64,000 nucleotides of DNA, taken from contig LCCV01000010.1 in assembly GCA_000998135.1 (NCBI GenBank), forward strand, positions 9,073 through 73,072, in the 5' to 3' direction. Position numbers and translations under genes: made by a program. Source of the stretch: Parcubacteria group bacterium GW2011_GWA2_42_14. GTDB lineage: Bacteria > Patescibacteriota > Minisyncoccia > Sungbacterales > GWA2-42-14. Positions within the stretch are counted from its first letter, which is position 1; the number at the start of each line of letters is the position of its first letter. Below are positions 45,406 through 57,861 of the stretch, piece after piece. The notes beneath the pieces were generated by a model. It did not search any database. It was given only the letters and a program-made list of their open reading frames with translations, and was not told the DNA's origin.

Positions 45406-46827
45406 TCATCCGTTTTTGAATTTCTTTTCGCGAAGTTTATGATGATATTTTTTCGCGAACCGGTGCGATTCGTCGCGGATTCTTTGAAACAAATGCAAAA
45501 TTTCTTGCGGCTGTTTTTTGAGTTTAATCGGAAACCTCCACCTTTCAATATATAGTTCTTCGTTTTGTTTCGCCAGTGCTGTAATAATTGGAATTTTGAA
45601 TTTTGAATTTATTTGGGGTTTGTGTTTTGGGATTTGGGATTTTAATGCGGCCGTCGCCGCATTTAATTGAGGTTTGCCACCGTCCATAACAATTAAGTCC
45701 GGGTAGATCCATTCGGGATGGTTAAAGCGGCGCGTGATGACTTCGCGCATCATATCAACATCGCTGATTTGATGCACGGTTTTAATTTTAAATTTGCGGT
45801 ATTGGTTTTTATCGGGTGCGTAACTATTTGCTTGTTTGGAAAATACTACCATTGAACTGGTTGCTTCGGTTCCCGAAATGTTGGAGATGTCATATCCTTC
45901 AATTCGCGAAATATTTTTTGCAGTATGCAGGAGTATCTTTAGCCGATTTTCGAGCTCGGCAGAGGTCTGACCTCTCGCGAGGGGTCGGACCTCAAGCGTT
46001 TGCCGATGTTCAAAAATGTTTTTTAATCCAAAAAGCTGGTCGCGCAATACTGCGGCTTTTTCAAATTCCTGATTTTTGGACATCGTGGACATTTTATTTT
46101 TCAGTTCGTGTATCAGTTGTTTCTTTTTTCCCCGGAGTACCGCCATAATGTTTTTAATGTTTGACTGATATTCTAATCGTTGTTTGGAATTTAGAATTTT
46201 GGATTTTGAATTTGTTTCGAATTTCGGATTTAGAATTTTGAATTTGCTATTGTTGTCAAAACAACAATAGCCGGGGCATCTTCCAATCTCCGCGTTTAAG
46301 CAGGGCCTTTTATGCGTTTCTTTGCAAGTACAGTAGGGAAAGATTCGGCGAAGCAATCGTAATGTTATTTTTAAGGCGTTTCCATCAGTAAAGGGCCCGA
46401 TATAACTGATTTCGTGTTTTAATTTTTGGATTTTGTGTTTTGTTTGGGATTTGGGATTTGGATTTTGGTATTTTGGGCGGGTATCTGGTTGATGAGTAAT
46501 TAAGATTTTTGGGAAAATTTCTTTTGTAAAACCAATATAGAAGTAACCCTTATCATCTCTCATTAAAACGTTGTATTTTGGCAAATATTTTTTTATTAGT
46601 TCGGCCTCTTTAATCAGCGCTTCAATTTCTGATGCCGTCTCAAGTATTTGTATTTTTTTTGCCTCTTCAAGAAGTTTTGCAATTTTAGGGATTTTTATCG
46701 TTTGGGAAAAATAAAAAGCCAGACGGTTTTTCAGGTTCCCCGCCTTGCCGATATAAAGAGGTTTTTGATGCCTATCTTTGAAGATATAAACCCCGGGCTT
46801 ATGGGGGATTTTTTTGGGTTTATTCAT
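45406..46827 (-). CDS. uvrC: Excinuclease ABC subunit C (short form) with four insertions
   Basis: GIY-YIG (PGVY..LYIGKA), UVR domain, RIEGYDISN, DGGKPQL, RDESHRFA. Confidence 0.92.
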   Translation of the reverse strand: MNKPKKIPHKPGVYIFKDRHQKPLYIGKAGNLKNRLAFYFSQTIKIPKIAKLLEEAKKIQILETASEIEALIKEAELIKKYLPKYNVLMRDDKGYFYIGFTKEIFPKILITHQPDTRPKYQNPNPKSQTKHKIQKLKHEISYIGPFTDGNALKITLRLLRRIFPYCTCKETHKRPCLNAEIGRCPGYCCFDNNSKFKILNPKFETNSKSKILNSKQRLEYQSNIKNIMAVLRGKKKQLIHELKNKMSTMSKNQEFEKAAVLRDQLFGLKNIFEHRQTLEVRPLARGQTSAELENRLKILLHTAKNISRIEGYDISNISGTEATSSMVVFSKQANSYAPDKNQYRKFKIKTVHQISDVDMMREVITRRFNHPEWIYPDLIVMDGGKPQLNAATAALKSQIPKHKPQINSKFKIPIITALAKQNEELYIERWRFPIKLKKQPQEILHLFQRIRDESHRFAKKYHHKLREKKFKNG

Positions 46828-46871
46828 TTTTTCATACTATCATTTTTTTTATTTATTAACACGGCTGTTTG

Positions 46872-46982
46872 CCCCGTTAGAAATCTTTATGAAGCGCATT
46901 TTATTCGGAAAGGCGCAAGATAGAGCCGCTTTGCTTCATGCCGTTAAGCTATAATTTACGTATTGCCGGATTTCTAACGGGG
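46872..46982. mobile_element. MITE-like element CCCCGTTAGA...TCTAACGGGG (related copy 56837-56949; half copy ~54020)
   Basis: 14-bp terminal inverted repeat CCCCGTTAGAAATC; ~111 bp. Confidence 0.65.
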
Positions 46983-47114
46983 TAAGACGTTTTCGCTTTT
47001 TGATGTACTGAAAACTTTAGGCCAACGCCGGACCTCTAACCAGGTTTGCTTTTAGCTGACAAGGAAGGTACTTTTAAAGCAGTTATTTTCCAACAAAATA
47101 TAGAGAGGGTGGCG

Positions 47115-48356
47115 ATGCCGCGTTTTAGATATGTGATAGCGTTGGGGCTGGCGGTTTTATTGCTTGTTTTTGCCCTTGTTTTCAGCATTCTTGGCCGCGT
47201 TCGTTACGGCGATTTCTATGAAACAGCGGAAGTAATGAGCATAATTGAGAATAATTATGTTGATAAGGTTGATATTAAAAAATGCCAGGAAAAAATTTTG
47301 CAATCGGGCCTTCAGGATTGTCTTGATAAGCATTCTTATTATTATAGCGCTGACGATCTTAAAGCGGTTAAATCTTTAGATAGCGCCCCATTTGTCGGCA
47401 TCGGCCTACAGGTAAATAAAAAGGATGATTATATTCATGTGGTTTCGGTTTTAGAAAACTCGCCCGCGCAAAGAGTCGGAATTATTCCTGACGATTTAAT
47501 TGTCGCGGTAAACGGCGTTTCTACAAAAAATATGTCGCCCGAGGATGCCACTAATAAAATCAGGGGCAAGTCCGGAGAAAAAGTTGTTTTAACCATTCAG
47601 CGCGGACAGAAAAAACAGAAAGATTTTATTCTAGTTAGGGAAAAAATTGAACGGTTTTACGTGAAGCCGTCGTTTATAACGCCGGAAATCGGTTATATAA
47701 GAATTACTTCGTTTGAACAGCTATCCTCCCTTGAACTTTATTCATCTTTTTACAGCCTTGGGATTTTGAGCGATTTTTCCAGCAAAGATTTTACCGGCAA
47801 TAAAAGCGCAAGAGGAATAATTATTGACTTGAGGCGTAATCCCGGAGGGTTTCTCGGTGAAGTGCTGAGTATGCTTGATTTCTTTTCGCCGGACAAAGGC
47901 AGAACGGTGTTTTCGGCCAAGGGACTCCATGTAAATGAAAAATTTACAACCGGCATCAAGGGATTTTTTGACAATCTGCCGATTGTTGTCTTGATTGATG
48001 CTAATTCGGCTTCGGCCGCGGAAGTTATGGCCGGAGTTCTTAAAATTTGGGGGCATGCGGTTGTCGGTGAAAAAAGTTACGGCAAAGGAACGGTTCAGGA
48101 ATTTCCCATTCGGCTTTCATCCGGTTCGGCGCTTCGTTTGACTGTTGCGCGTTATTTTTTGGGAGAGCAAGAAGTCGCCGTTGATGGCATTGGAATTTCG
48201 CCCGACCACGAAGTAAAATGGAAAAAATCGGAAAACCAGAGCGAAGAAGATTTTGCCGCTGAATTTTTCCCTAATTTTGGCAATCCGGAAAAAGATCCGC
48301 AGCTGAAAAAAGCGGTTGAGGTTTTGAAAGAACAAATGAAAAAGCCGAGGAATTAA
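47115..48356 (+). CDS. S41 family carboxy-terminal processing protease
   Basis: PDZ domain, IIDLRRNPGG, SASAAE, GEKSYGKG. Confidence 0.92.
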   Translation: MPRFRYVIALGLAVLLLVFALVFSILGRVRYGDFYETAEVMSIIENNYVDKVDIKKCQEKILQSGLQDCLDKHSYYYSADDLKAVKSLDSAPFVGIGLQVNKKDDYIHVVSVLENSPAQRVGIIPDDLIVAVNGVSTKNMSPEDATNKIRGKSGEKVVLTIQRGQKKQKDFILVREKIERFYVKPSFITPEIGYIRITSFEQLSSLELYSSFYSLGILSDFSSKDFTGNKSARGIIIDLRRNPGGFLGEVLSMLDFFSPDKGRTVFSAKGLHVNEKFTTGIKGFFDNLPIVVLIDANSASAAEVMAGVLKIWGHAVVGEKSYGKGTVQEFPIRLSSGSALRLTVARYFLGEQEVAVDGIGISPDHEVKWKKSENQSEEDFAAEFFPNFGNPEKDPQLKKAVEVLKEQMKKPRN

Positions 48357-48439
48357 CTTCGGTTTTTTGCTTGACTCAAATTAAAAAAAATGATATATTG
48401 ATACAAGTTCATTTAATGGGAAAGAAGGGGTTGTTGGAT

Positions 48440-48820
48440 ATGCGAGGAATGGAAGATCGGTTTAGGGATTTATATCAGTCTCTCTTAAAAAGGATGCGTC
48501 TGATTCGAGTACAAAACCCAGAATTACGTGGCGCTATTGAGGTTGTTATTGCGCACAATAATGTTAGTTCACTTGTTCTAAGCGAATCGCCTTATTGGGA
48601 GATTAGGTATTTAAATCACCAATACTGCATTAGTGGTGTATCCCTTGACGGAGTTGTTAAAGAATATGCTCGTATTCAGGATATTGAATACCGTGTTCTA
48701 CTAAGTTGTTATTTATTACAGGGCCCGTTTGGCAAAGAAACGCAACATGAGTACTTTGTTAGGGTGTGCGACGTTTTAAATATATTAAAGAGAATAGGCT
48801 GGAACTTTTGGATGGTCTGA
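48440..48820 (+). CDS. Hypothetical protein (cassette)
   Basis: TTGACT-17-TATATT at 48371; G-rich SD; terminator at 48873-48898. Confidence 0.65.
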   Translation: MRGMEDRFRDLYQSLLKRMRLIRVQNPELRGAIEVVIAHNNVSSLVLSESPYWEIRYLNHQYCISGVSLDGVVKEYARIQDIEYRVLLSCYLLQGPFGKETQHEYFVRVCDVLNILKRIGWNFWMV

Positions 48821-48938
48821 TTTCTAAAATGGAAGTCGCCCTTCAAAAACTTAATGAAGGTTAGGCTTTTTTAACCGAAGCGTTATGCTTCGGTTTTTCT
48901 ATTGATTTCTCTCTTTTTTTGTTATAGTATATATAACT

Positions 48939-51818
48939 ATGCCTAATAGCGATGTCATAAAAATCCGTGGAGCTCGGGTCCATAATCTCAAGAATATTGA
49001 TGTGGATATTCCTAAAAATAAACTGGTGGTAATTACCGGCCTTTCCGGTTCCGGGAAATCATCTTTGGCATTTGATACGATTTATGCCGAGGCCGAACGC
49101 AGATTTGTTGAGTCGCTTTCCAGTTATGCCCGTCAGTTTTTGGGAGTGCAGGATAAACCGGATGTGGAAAAAATGGAGGGTTTAAGTCCGGCAATTTCCA
49201 TTGATCAAAAATCTGTTTCCAAAAATCCGCGCTCAACCGTAGGCACTATTACGGAGATTTATGATTATCTCCGTATTTTATTTGCCCGCATCGGGAAACC
49301 TTTTTGCCCGCAGTGCGGAAAGCCGGTTGGAAAACAAACCGTTGACCAGATTGTAGACAGGATTAGGCAATTTAAATCCGGGCAGGAGATTTTGATTTTA
49401 GCCCCGCTTGTATCGGGCAAAAAAGGGGAACATCGTTTAATTTTAGAAGAAGTTGAAAGAGGAGGTTTTTTAAAAGTCCGGCTGGACGGAGAATTTATGC
49501 CGATTGAAGAAGCAGAGGACAAAATGCTTGATAAAAAGAAAAAACATTTTATTGAAGTTGTCGTGGACAGGTTTTTATTGAATCGGGATATAGAACGTTC
49601 CCGTATGGCTGATTCTGTGGAAACAGCCCTTAAGGTTGGTAAGGGAATATTGGTTGTTCAGGCGGGAAGTCAGGATTATTTCTTTTCAGAAAAATTCGCA
49701 TGTATTGATTGCGGAATTGATTTGCCCGATATTGAACCGAGAATTTTCTCTTTTAACAGTCCTTATGGAGCGTGCTCTGAATGTACCGGTTTGGGGTCGC
49801 AATTGGAAGTTGACCCGGAACTTGTTTTGCCCAATACGCGCCTGACTCTTGGTGAAGGCGCGATAAGGCCGTGGGCTTCGGCGTCGCATCGCGTAGGAAG
49901 GCAGTCATGGTATTGGTGGCTACTTACCGACTTGGCTGAAAGGCATAAGTTTTCTTTAAATACATCGGTTAAAGAGTTGTCAAAAGATGTTATTGATTTG
50001 ATTTTGTACGGAGAGGAGCGTCGAAGTCCGACTTCCGCGGGAAGTCGTACTTCAGAAAATTCGTTTGAAGGCGTGATTCCTAATCTTAAGCGAAGATGGA
50101 AAGAGACCGATTCCGATTTTACGCGGGCCGAGATTGAAAAATATATGCTTATAAAAAAGTGTCCTGTTTGCGAGGGCAGGCGATTGCGGCGGGAAACATT
50201 GGCCGTGAAAATTTTGGATAAAAATATTGCCGATATTTCTGTTATGTCTATTGGGGAAGCAAGAATATTCTTGAGTGTATCAATGTATCAATATATTAAA
50301 ACATCAAAACGTCTGCAAACCATAGCCGAGCCGCTGGTTAAGGAAATTTTGAAGCGTTTGGAATTTTTAATGGACGTGGGATTGGAATATCTTACTATTA
50401 ATCGGGAATCAACATCGCTTTCAGGAGGAGAAGCGCAGCGAATTCGGCTCGCGACGCAAATCGGTTCACAATTAACGGGAATATTATACATTCTTGATGA
50501 GCCGTCTATTGGTCTTCATCAGCGCGACCAGGAACGCCTGATTAAAACCTTGAAGGATTTGCGCGATTTGGGAAACACGGTTATTGTGGTGGAACATGAC
50601 GCGCAGACAATTCGTGAGGCCGATTGGGTAATTGATTTGGGCCCGGGAGCGGGGAAGCATGGCGGCGAAATTATATTTGAAGGAACGCCGAAAACTTTAC
50701 TAAAAGTTAAAACTTTGACAGGGGAATATCTCTCGGGAAGGAAGAAAATTGATATCAAAAATCCAAAAATCCCAAATCCCAAATCCCAAATCCCAAATAA
50801 AACACAAAGCACAAAATCCAAATCACAAACCTATTTAACTATTAAAGGAGCGAAAGAGCATAACCTTAAAAATATTGATGTTAAAATTCCTCTTGGAAAA
50901 TTTGTGGCGGTTTCCGGTGTCTCCGGTTCCGGAAAGTCATCTTTGATTAATGATATTTTGGCGCGTGCGCTTTTGGTGAAATTTTATGACGCGCATTTGT
51001 ATCCGGGCGAGCATAAACAGGTTACGGGAACGGAAAATATTGATAAAGTTGTGGTGGTGGACCAGTCGCCGATTGGCAGAACTCCGCGTTCTAACCCAGC
51101 AACTTATACCGGCGCTTTTTCTCATATCCGCGCTCTTTTTGCCAATTTGCCGGAATCACGCGCTCGCGGATTTGAGCCGGGACGTTTCAGTTTTAACGTC
51201 AAAGGGGGCAGGTGCGAGGTTTGCGAGGGCCAGGGAGTTAAAAAAATTGAAATGTTTTTTCTGCCGGATGTATATGTTGAATGCGAAGAGTGCAAGGGGA
51301 AACGGTATAATCGCGAGGCCTTGTCGGTGGAATATAGCGGTTTAAATATTTCTGAAATTCTTAACCAAACCATTGAAGAATCGCTGCCGCTTTTTAAAAA
51401 TATTCCGGCCGTTGAACGAATTTTGAAAGTTCTTTCGGATGTGGGGCTCGGCTATATGCGTCTGGGACAGTCGGCAACTACTTTGTCGGGAGGTGAAGCC
51501 CAGCGGATTAAACTTGCGTCAGAACTTTCCCGAAAAGACACCGGCAAAACTTTATATATTCTTGATGAGCCGACAACAGGATTGCATTTTGACGATATTC
51601 GCAAACTTCTTACGATTTTGCGGGCACTCGTAGATAAGGGCAACAGCGTTTTAATAATTGAGCATAATCTTGATGTATTACGAAACGCGGATTGGATTAT
51701 TGATTTAGGGCCGGAAGGAGGCGATAAGGGCGGAGAAATTGTTGCTGAAGGAATACCTGAAGAAGTTATAAAAGAGAAAAAATCATATACCGGTCAGTGG
51801 CTGAAAAATGATTTTTAA
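48939..51818 (+). CDS. uvrA: Excinuclease ABC subunit A with two insertions
   Basis: GLSGSGKSS, two LSGGEAQR motifs, zinc fingers, second Walker A GVSGSGKS. Confidence 0.98.
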   Translation: MPNSDVIKIRGARVHNLKNIDVDIPKNKLVVITGLSGSGKSSLAFDTIYAEAERRFVESLSSYARQFLGVQDKPDVEKMEGLSPAISIDQKSVSKNPRSTVGTITEIYDYLRILFARIGKPFCPQCGKPVGKQTVDQIVDRIRQFKSGQEILILAPLVSGKKGEHRLILEEVERGGFLKVRLDGEFMPIEEAEDKMLDKKKKHFIEVVVDRFLLNRDIERSRMADSVETALKVGKGILVVQAGSQDYFFSEKFACIDCGIDLPDIEPRIFSFNSPYGACSECTGLGSQLEVDPELVLPNTRLTLGEGAIRPWASASHRVGRQSWYWWLLTDLAERHKFSLNTSVKELSKDVIDLILYGEERRSPTSAGSRTSENSFEGVIPNLKRRWKETDSDFTRAEIEKYMLIKKCPVCEGRRLRRETLAVKILDKNIADISVMSIGEARIFLSVSMYQYIKTSKRLQTIAEPLVKEILKRLEFLMDVGLEYLTINRESTSLSGGEAQRIRLATQIGSQLTGILYILDEPSIGLHQRDQERLIKTLKDLRDLGNTVIVVEHDAQTIREADWVIDLGPGAGKHGGEIIFEGTPKTLLKVKTLTGEYLSGRKKIDIKNPKIPNPKSQIPNKTQSTKSKSQTYLTIKGAKEHNLKNIDVKIPLGKFVAVSGVSGSGKSSLINDILARALLVKFYDAHLYPGEHKQVTGTENIDKVVVVDQSPIGRTPRSNPATYTGAFSHIRALFANLPESRARGFEPGRFSFNVKGGRCEVCEGQGVKKIEMFFLPDVYVECEECKGKRYNREALSVEYSGLNISEILNQTIEESLPLFKNIPAVERILKVLSDVGLGYMRLGQSATTLSGGEAQRIKLASELSRKDTGKTLYILDEPTTGLHFDDIRKLLTILRALVDKGNSVLIIEHNLDVLRNADWIIDLGPEGGDKGGEIVAEGIPEEVIKEKKSYTGQWLKNDF

Positions 51819-51879
51819 AAATTGCCGTCATTCTGAGTTCGCCAGCTGGCGGACGAAGAATCCCAATCACAGGTTTTTT

Positions 51880-51920
51880 TATTCCCCCTATCTTCTGCTT
51901 AAGCAGAAGATAGGGGGAAT
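51880..51920. terminator. Long perfect hairpin after uvrA
   Basis: ATTCCCCCTATCTTCTGCTT-AAGCAGAAGATAGGGGGAAT. Confidence 0.55.
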
Positions 51921-51994
51921 TTGATTCCTATTGCAATTTTTTTGAGGAAATGATACATATTGAGAGCATCTTTGAAAAGTGAAAGGAAAAAACA

Positions 51995-52414
51995 ATGAAA
52001 AGTATTGTGGCTTTGGTTGTTTTTACCATTATTATTGTGTTTTCTGCCGATTCGGCTGTGGCGGAGAGTAACCCTTTGCTTACTATTTTTGAGGGGGTTG
52101 GGGTAGGAATGAATGTGGGTGAAGTGATAGATGCGGTACTGGGTTTTGATATGGGAGGCGGTTGCTATTGTATGGTTATCAAAACTGATAACCCTAAAGT
52201 TCTAGAGGCGATATCTTACAGTCGTGATTTTAAGTCTCCTGGAAAGGATGTTTTAATTGGCGTAAAAGCGCCCATAGGGCCCCACGCCTCTTTGCAAATT
52301 GAAATGGATAGATCGTTGGATTCGTTCGTAAAAGACTTAAAAAACGCTAAAGTAGTAAAAATTACTTATAGTTATGAATTTATGAAATTTAAAAAAGAAT
52401 TGGTTAAAAAGTAA
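51995..52414 (+). CDS. Hypothetical exported protein (cassette)
   Basis: Signal peptide ending AVA; AAGGA SD; hairpin after the stop. Confidence 0.7.
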   Translation: MKSIVALVVFTIIIVFSADSAVAESNPLLTIFEGVGVGMNVGEVIDAVLGFDMGGGCYCMVIKTDNPKVLEAISYSRDFKSPGKDVLIGVKAPIGPHASLQIEMDRSLDSFVKDLKNAKVVKITYSYEFMKFKKELVKK

Positions 52415-52471
52415 AACCGCGTAAAATTTACGCGGTGTTTTTTTATTCGCGGTGTTCGCATGTAATTCGCA

Positions 52472-52996
52472 TTATGTTTTCTGAAAGTGAGAAAATAAAC
52501 TCAACCAGGAAAACACAACGGCGATATTGGCAAATGTTATTCCGGCGACGAGCGTTACCGGTATTTCCGTAATGAACCAAAGCATCATGAGAATGATCGC
52601 GAAGTACTGAAGGCATGCTTTGAATTTTCCCACGCGCGTGGCGGGAATTTTGGGACTAAACCATGTTTTTAAGGGCGGAAAGCGTATGGCCACAAGCAGG
52701 GCCTCTGGTATTACTGTAAAAACAAAAGTCCAATAAATCGGCAATATAAATGATAAAATCCACAATGTTCCGACATAAAGAATTTTGTCGGCCAAGGGGT
52801 CAAGAATTGCTCCTAATTCGCTTTGGGCGTTAAGCCAGCGCGCTGCAAGGCCGTCAAACCAGTCGGTGAGTGCTGCCAAAAGAAAAATTAGAAAAGCGGT
52901 AGCCGGATTTGTTTCAAAAAGCCAGTAAATCGCGACAAGCATTATTATCCTTGATAAGGAAATAAGATTCGGAATCGTTTTTTGGGTTAGAAACAT
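52472..52996 (-). CDS. CDP-alcohol phosphatidyltransferase (PgsA-like)
   Basis: PNLISLSR, TDWFDGLAARW..SELGAILDPLADK. Confidence 0.9.
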   Translation of the reverse strand: MFLTQKTIPNLISLSRIIMLVAIYWLFETNPATAFLIFLLAALTDWFDGLAARWLNAQSELGAILDPLADKILYVGTLWILSFILPIYWTFVFTVIPEALLVAIRFPPLKTWFSPKIPATRVGKFKACLQYFAIILMMLWFITEIPVTLVAGITFANIAVVFSWLSLFSHFQKT

Positions 52997-53008
52997 ATTA
53001 ATCTCCGC

Positions 53009-53857
53009 TTATGCATTATTTTTAAATTGGCGGAGTTTTTCCCGGAATTTTTTGATTTTTGTTTCGGAATAATCAATGGCGTCCCTGATGCTGTATCCGC
53101 CGAGCACCAAATAGAAAGCAAGGCAGGTATAAATAACTAATATCAGGGCCATTGCCGGTAGGGCTTGCAGCAGCTCGTAAAAAATAAAGTCCGGATTGTT
53201 TGCGGATTCAATAAAGAGTCCGCCGAAAAGCGCTATGGCCAGAAGTCCGAACTGTATTCTACCCCAAACATCGGTTTGCAGCTCTTCATTGGCAAATTCA
53301 GTTATGTTTTTAATCCAAGGAATTTCCGGGTCACAAAATCTTTTGAATTTGGCTATATTTATAAACAGAAGTATCGTAATAATCAGGAATGACACAAAAA
53401 GGAAGGGAAGCAGGATGGTTTGGTGCCATAAGTACCAGAAGTTTAAGAATATAACCCAGATGATAACGCTCCAGTCCCCGATATGGTCCATATAGGTGCC
53501 CAATTCCGTAACCTCGTTATTGTTCCGTGCGGTAGGGCCGTCAAAAAAATCTGTTATGATGGCAAAGAAAAGAAGCTTGGTTTGTTCGGTAAGCGTTGCT
53601 CCGGTAAAAAATCCAATCATTGCTTCAATCAACAGCCAGAAACGGACGGAAGTAAGAGCGTTGGCTGGAGTCAGAATTTTTTTATACAAAATCCCCTGTG
53701 TTCGTTCTCCGAAGATTCGGCCCGCCGTCCACGAAAGCGCCTTGCGAAACGGCCATACGATCCACCAAATCGGCTGGGTAACAGGGTAACAGATTTTATC
53801 GCGTACGTTTTTTTCGGCAGAAGTGGTCTGGCTTGTGAGCGTTTCTTCTTCGGCCAT
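53009..53857 (-). CDS. CDP-alcohol phosphatidyltransferase family protein (divergent)
   Basis: ANALTSVR, TDFFDGPTARN..TELGTYMDHIGD. Confidence 0.85.
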   Translation of the reverse strand: MAEEETLTSQTTSAEKNVRDKICYPVTQPIWWIVWPFRKALSWTAGRIFGERTQGILYKKILTPANALTSVRFWLLIEAMIGFFTGATLTEQTKLLFFAIITDFFDGPTARNNNEVTELGTYMDHIGDWSVIIWVIFLNFWYLWHQTILLPFLFVSFLIITILLFINIAKFKRFCDPEIPWIKNITEFANEELQTDVWGRIQFGLLAIALFGGLFIESANNPDFIFYELLQALPAMALILVIYTCLAFYLVLGGYSIRDAIDYSETKIKKFREKLRQFKNNA

Positions 53858-54059
53858 CGGTTGTCCCTGAATAATATGTCAAAGAAACTAGTTTATAGGT
53901 AGCGTATTTTGGGAAATTTTGCAAACCTCGTTAGGTCCCCGTTTAGGAGTTTTTTTATTTGATTTTAAAAAAATTTTCCTTGAATCTTTCGTCTTTGGTT
54001 TTCTGACGGAGTTTTTAGGATCTAACGGGGCAAAAAGAAAAAGCCCCCGCGCGTTTAAG

Positions 54060-54350
54060 CTAAAGGGGCTTCCAAATGCAATGCATTTGTTTGGCAATGA
54101 TTTTTTTCTTTTTCCAGTTGTCAAATTGCATTTTTGACACGGCTATTAAAACAGGAAATAGTTGGTATTGTTCGGTTATATCAACGGTAATAAGTTCTCC
54201 TGTTTTTGCGTCAGAAAATGAGTATCCAAGAATGACTTCTCCGTCTTTTCCGGCAAGAAGACCCTTGGCTGTTTCTTTTTTTTGAAACACCACTTCCGCA
54301 GTTGTTTTAGCGGCGCCGGCAAAGTTATTAAAGGACCATACGCATGACAT
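54060..54350 (-). CDS. Hypothetical protein (cassette)
   Basis: AAGGAGG SD; TTGACA-18-TACAAT promoter; hairpin at the stop. Confidence 0.7.
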   Translation of the reverse strand: MSCVWSFNNFAGAAKTTAEVVFQKKETAKGLLAGKDGEVILGYSFSDAKTGELITVDITEQYQLFPVLIAVSKMQFDNWKKKKIIAKQMHCIWKPL

Positions 54351-54438
54351 GTTTGTTTACCTCCTTGTTATTATTGTATCATATAAAAGATATGTTTGTC
54401 AAGTTGACATGGTTCTGGCTTATCGCATATATTTTAAT

Positions 54439-54465
54439 TTAGCAGTCGAATGATAAGAGTGCTAA
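54439..54465 (+). promoter_or_regulatory. CIRCE element (HrcA operator)
   Basis: TTAGCAGTC-N9-GAGTGCTAA, one mismatch from the CIRCE consensus, upstream of groES. Confidence 0.9.
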
Positions 54466-54468
54466 TTT

Positions 54469-54539
54469 GAGTTTTTAGGCGGTTAGGTTTTTAGCTATTA
54501 TGTGTTTCCTAAAAGCTAAAAGCTAAAAGCTAAAAGCTC
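54469..54539. repeat. 7-bp-periodic hairpin (TTTTTAG-like)/(CTAAAAG)n
   Basis: Lies between the CIRCE and the groES start. Confidence 0.8.
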
Positions 54540-54546
54540 TTAAAAA

Positions 54547-54849
54547 ATGTCTAATTTAAAGATAAAACCGCTCGGCGATCGGGTTCTGATAGAGCCCATG
54601 GACCAGGAAAAGGAAAAAACCAAGTCCGGCATCTATCTTCCCGAAACCGCCTCTAAAGAAAGGCCGGAAAGGGGCAGGGTTGTTGCCGTGGGCCCCGGCA
54701 AAATGCTTGATTCCGGAAAATTATCGCCCATGAATGTAAAAGAGGGGGATACGGTTCTTTTTACCAAATACGGACCGAATGAAATAAAGGTCGAGGAGAA
54801 AGAATACCTTATAGCAAGAGAGGAGGATATATTGGCAATCCTTGAGTAG
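54547..54849 (+). CDS. groES: Co-chaperonin GroES
   Basis: [24 protein letters not shown]. Confidence 0.98.
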   Translation: MSNLKIKPLGDRVLIEPMDQEKEKTKSGIYLPETASKERPERGRVVAVGPGKMLDSGKLSPMNVKEGDTVLFTKYGPNEIKVEEKEYLIAREEDILAILE

Positions 54850-54902
54850 AGACATGGGACAAGAAACATGAGACAAGGAATTAGTTTCCATGTAGCATGT
54901 AG

Positions 54903-56600
<1,698 letters not shown>

Positions 56601-57012
56601 ATATTTGCCTGCGAGAACAAGCCCGCATGGCGCAGTTCGAGCAGATGCAAATATTTAACCCCGCACCAAGCTTAATGAATTTCTGTTGTTAGGGGTTGTG
56701 TAAGCCGAAAGGCGATTCCGTGGAATATCTTTTGCATAATTCTGCCAAATTTCGAGCTTTGGTGCTGGGGTTAGCTCGTTTTTATGGTTGATGAAACGAA
56801 TAAAAAATTGCCGGTTAACTCCGGCAGTTTTTATTCACCCCGTTAGAGGTTTGAAGTTGGGTAGCCGTTTAAAATAGGACGTAAAGCGAAAGCGGCTTAC
56901 GCCTTATATTCATGCCTGAATATGGCCATCTTTAAACCTCTAACGGGGTTGACATTGTTTTATATTTGCCGTACATATTAAGTACTGTGGAAAATAACGC
57001 AAGGAGAGAGAA

Positions 57013-57435
57013 ATGTTTGAAAAACCGACGCAGGGTGTTGAAAGATGGATTGATGAAAAAGGCCAAACCATTATCGTAAAATCGTTCTTTAGCAAGTTTT
57101 ATATAGACCCGGAAATGGAAAGATTAAGCAGGGATTATAATATCTGGGAATGCGACGGTAAAATACGTTATTCAAGTTTGGGTAAGGGGGAGAAAGAGCA
57201 TCTTGCGGCCCGTATCCTTGGATTGGTCAGAGTAGTAAGCGATAGTGACGGCCCCCGTTTGGTTGGTATTAAAAAGAATGAGTTAGAGATGTTTGCCGGA
57301 AGATCATACGAAGATTGGTTCATTAACGGATTTGTTGAATACGGCTTTTTAAGGGAGAAATTGATTAAAGGAGAATTGGTGCTCTTTCCTACGGAAAAAC
57401 TTCTGGAAAATCAGCGTATCAGCAAAAGAAAATAA
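57013..57435 (+). CDS. Hypothetical protein (cassette)
   Basis: TTGACA at 56949, AAGGAG SD, AAGGCC..AGGCCTT hairpin downstream. Confidence 0.72.
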   Translation: MFEKPTQGVERWIDEKGQTIIVKSFFSKFYIDPEMERLSRDYNIWECDGKIRYSSLGKGEKEHLAARILGLVRVVSDSDGPRLVGIKKNELEMFAGRSYEDWFINGFVEYGFLREKLIKGELVLFPTEKLLENQRISKRK

Positions 57436-57496
57436 TTTTTATACAAGGCCTTATTTACAAGGCCTTTTTATAATAAAAAAAGACGCGAAATGCGTC

Positions 57497-57793
57497 TTAT
57501 TTTTCTTGATTTTTTTCCTGATTCTTTTTTACTTCATCGGCAATGTCTTTTATGAGCCGCTGTCGCCGTTCCTCATGCAGTTTTCTCATTTCGTTGAGAT
57601 GAATTTTTAACATTTCAAGTGTAAAGATAGACAGTGCTGGTCCAAGGATGAGCACCATCGGCCCTACCGGAAGGATATATGAGGCAATGCTTACGGCAAT
57701 ACCAACTCCTGCGTACGCACTGTAACGTTTACCAAACCAGATTCCTGCGATAGCAGCAAGAACTAATGTTATTATGATTCTGCCGATTTCCAT
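57497..57793 (-). CDS. Hypothetical membrane protein
   Basis: Hydrophobic N-half, charged tail; GAGG SD. Confidence 0.7.
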   Translation of the reverse strand: MEIGRIIITLVLAAIAGIWFGKRYSAYAGVGIAVSIASYILPVGPMVLILGPALSIFTLEMLKIHLNEMRKLHEERRQRLIKDIADEVKKNQEKNQEK

Positions 57794-57861
57794 AAAATTA
57801 CCTCTTTTGCGTTTTTAAGCAACTATCCTAAGTTTATATGATTAAAGACGCGAAACGCGCC

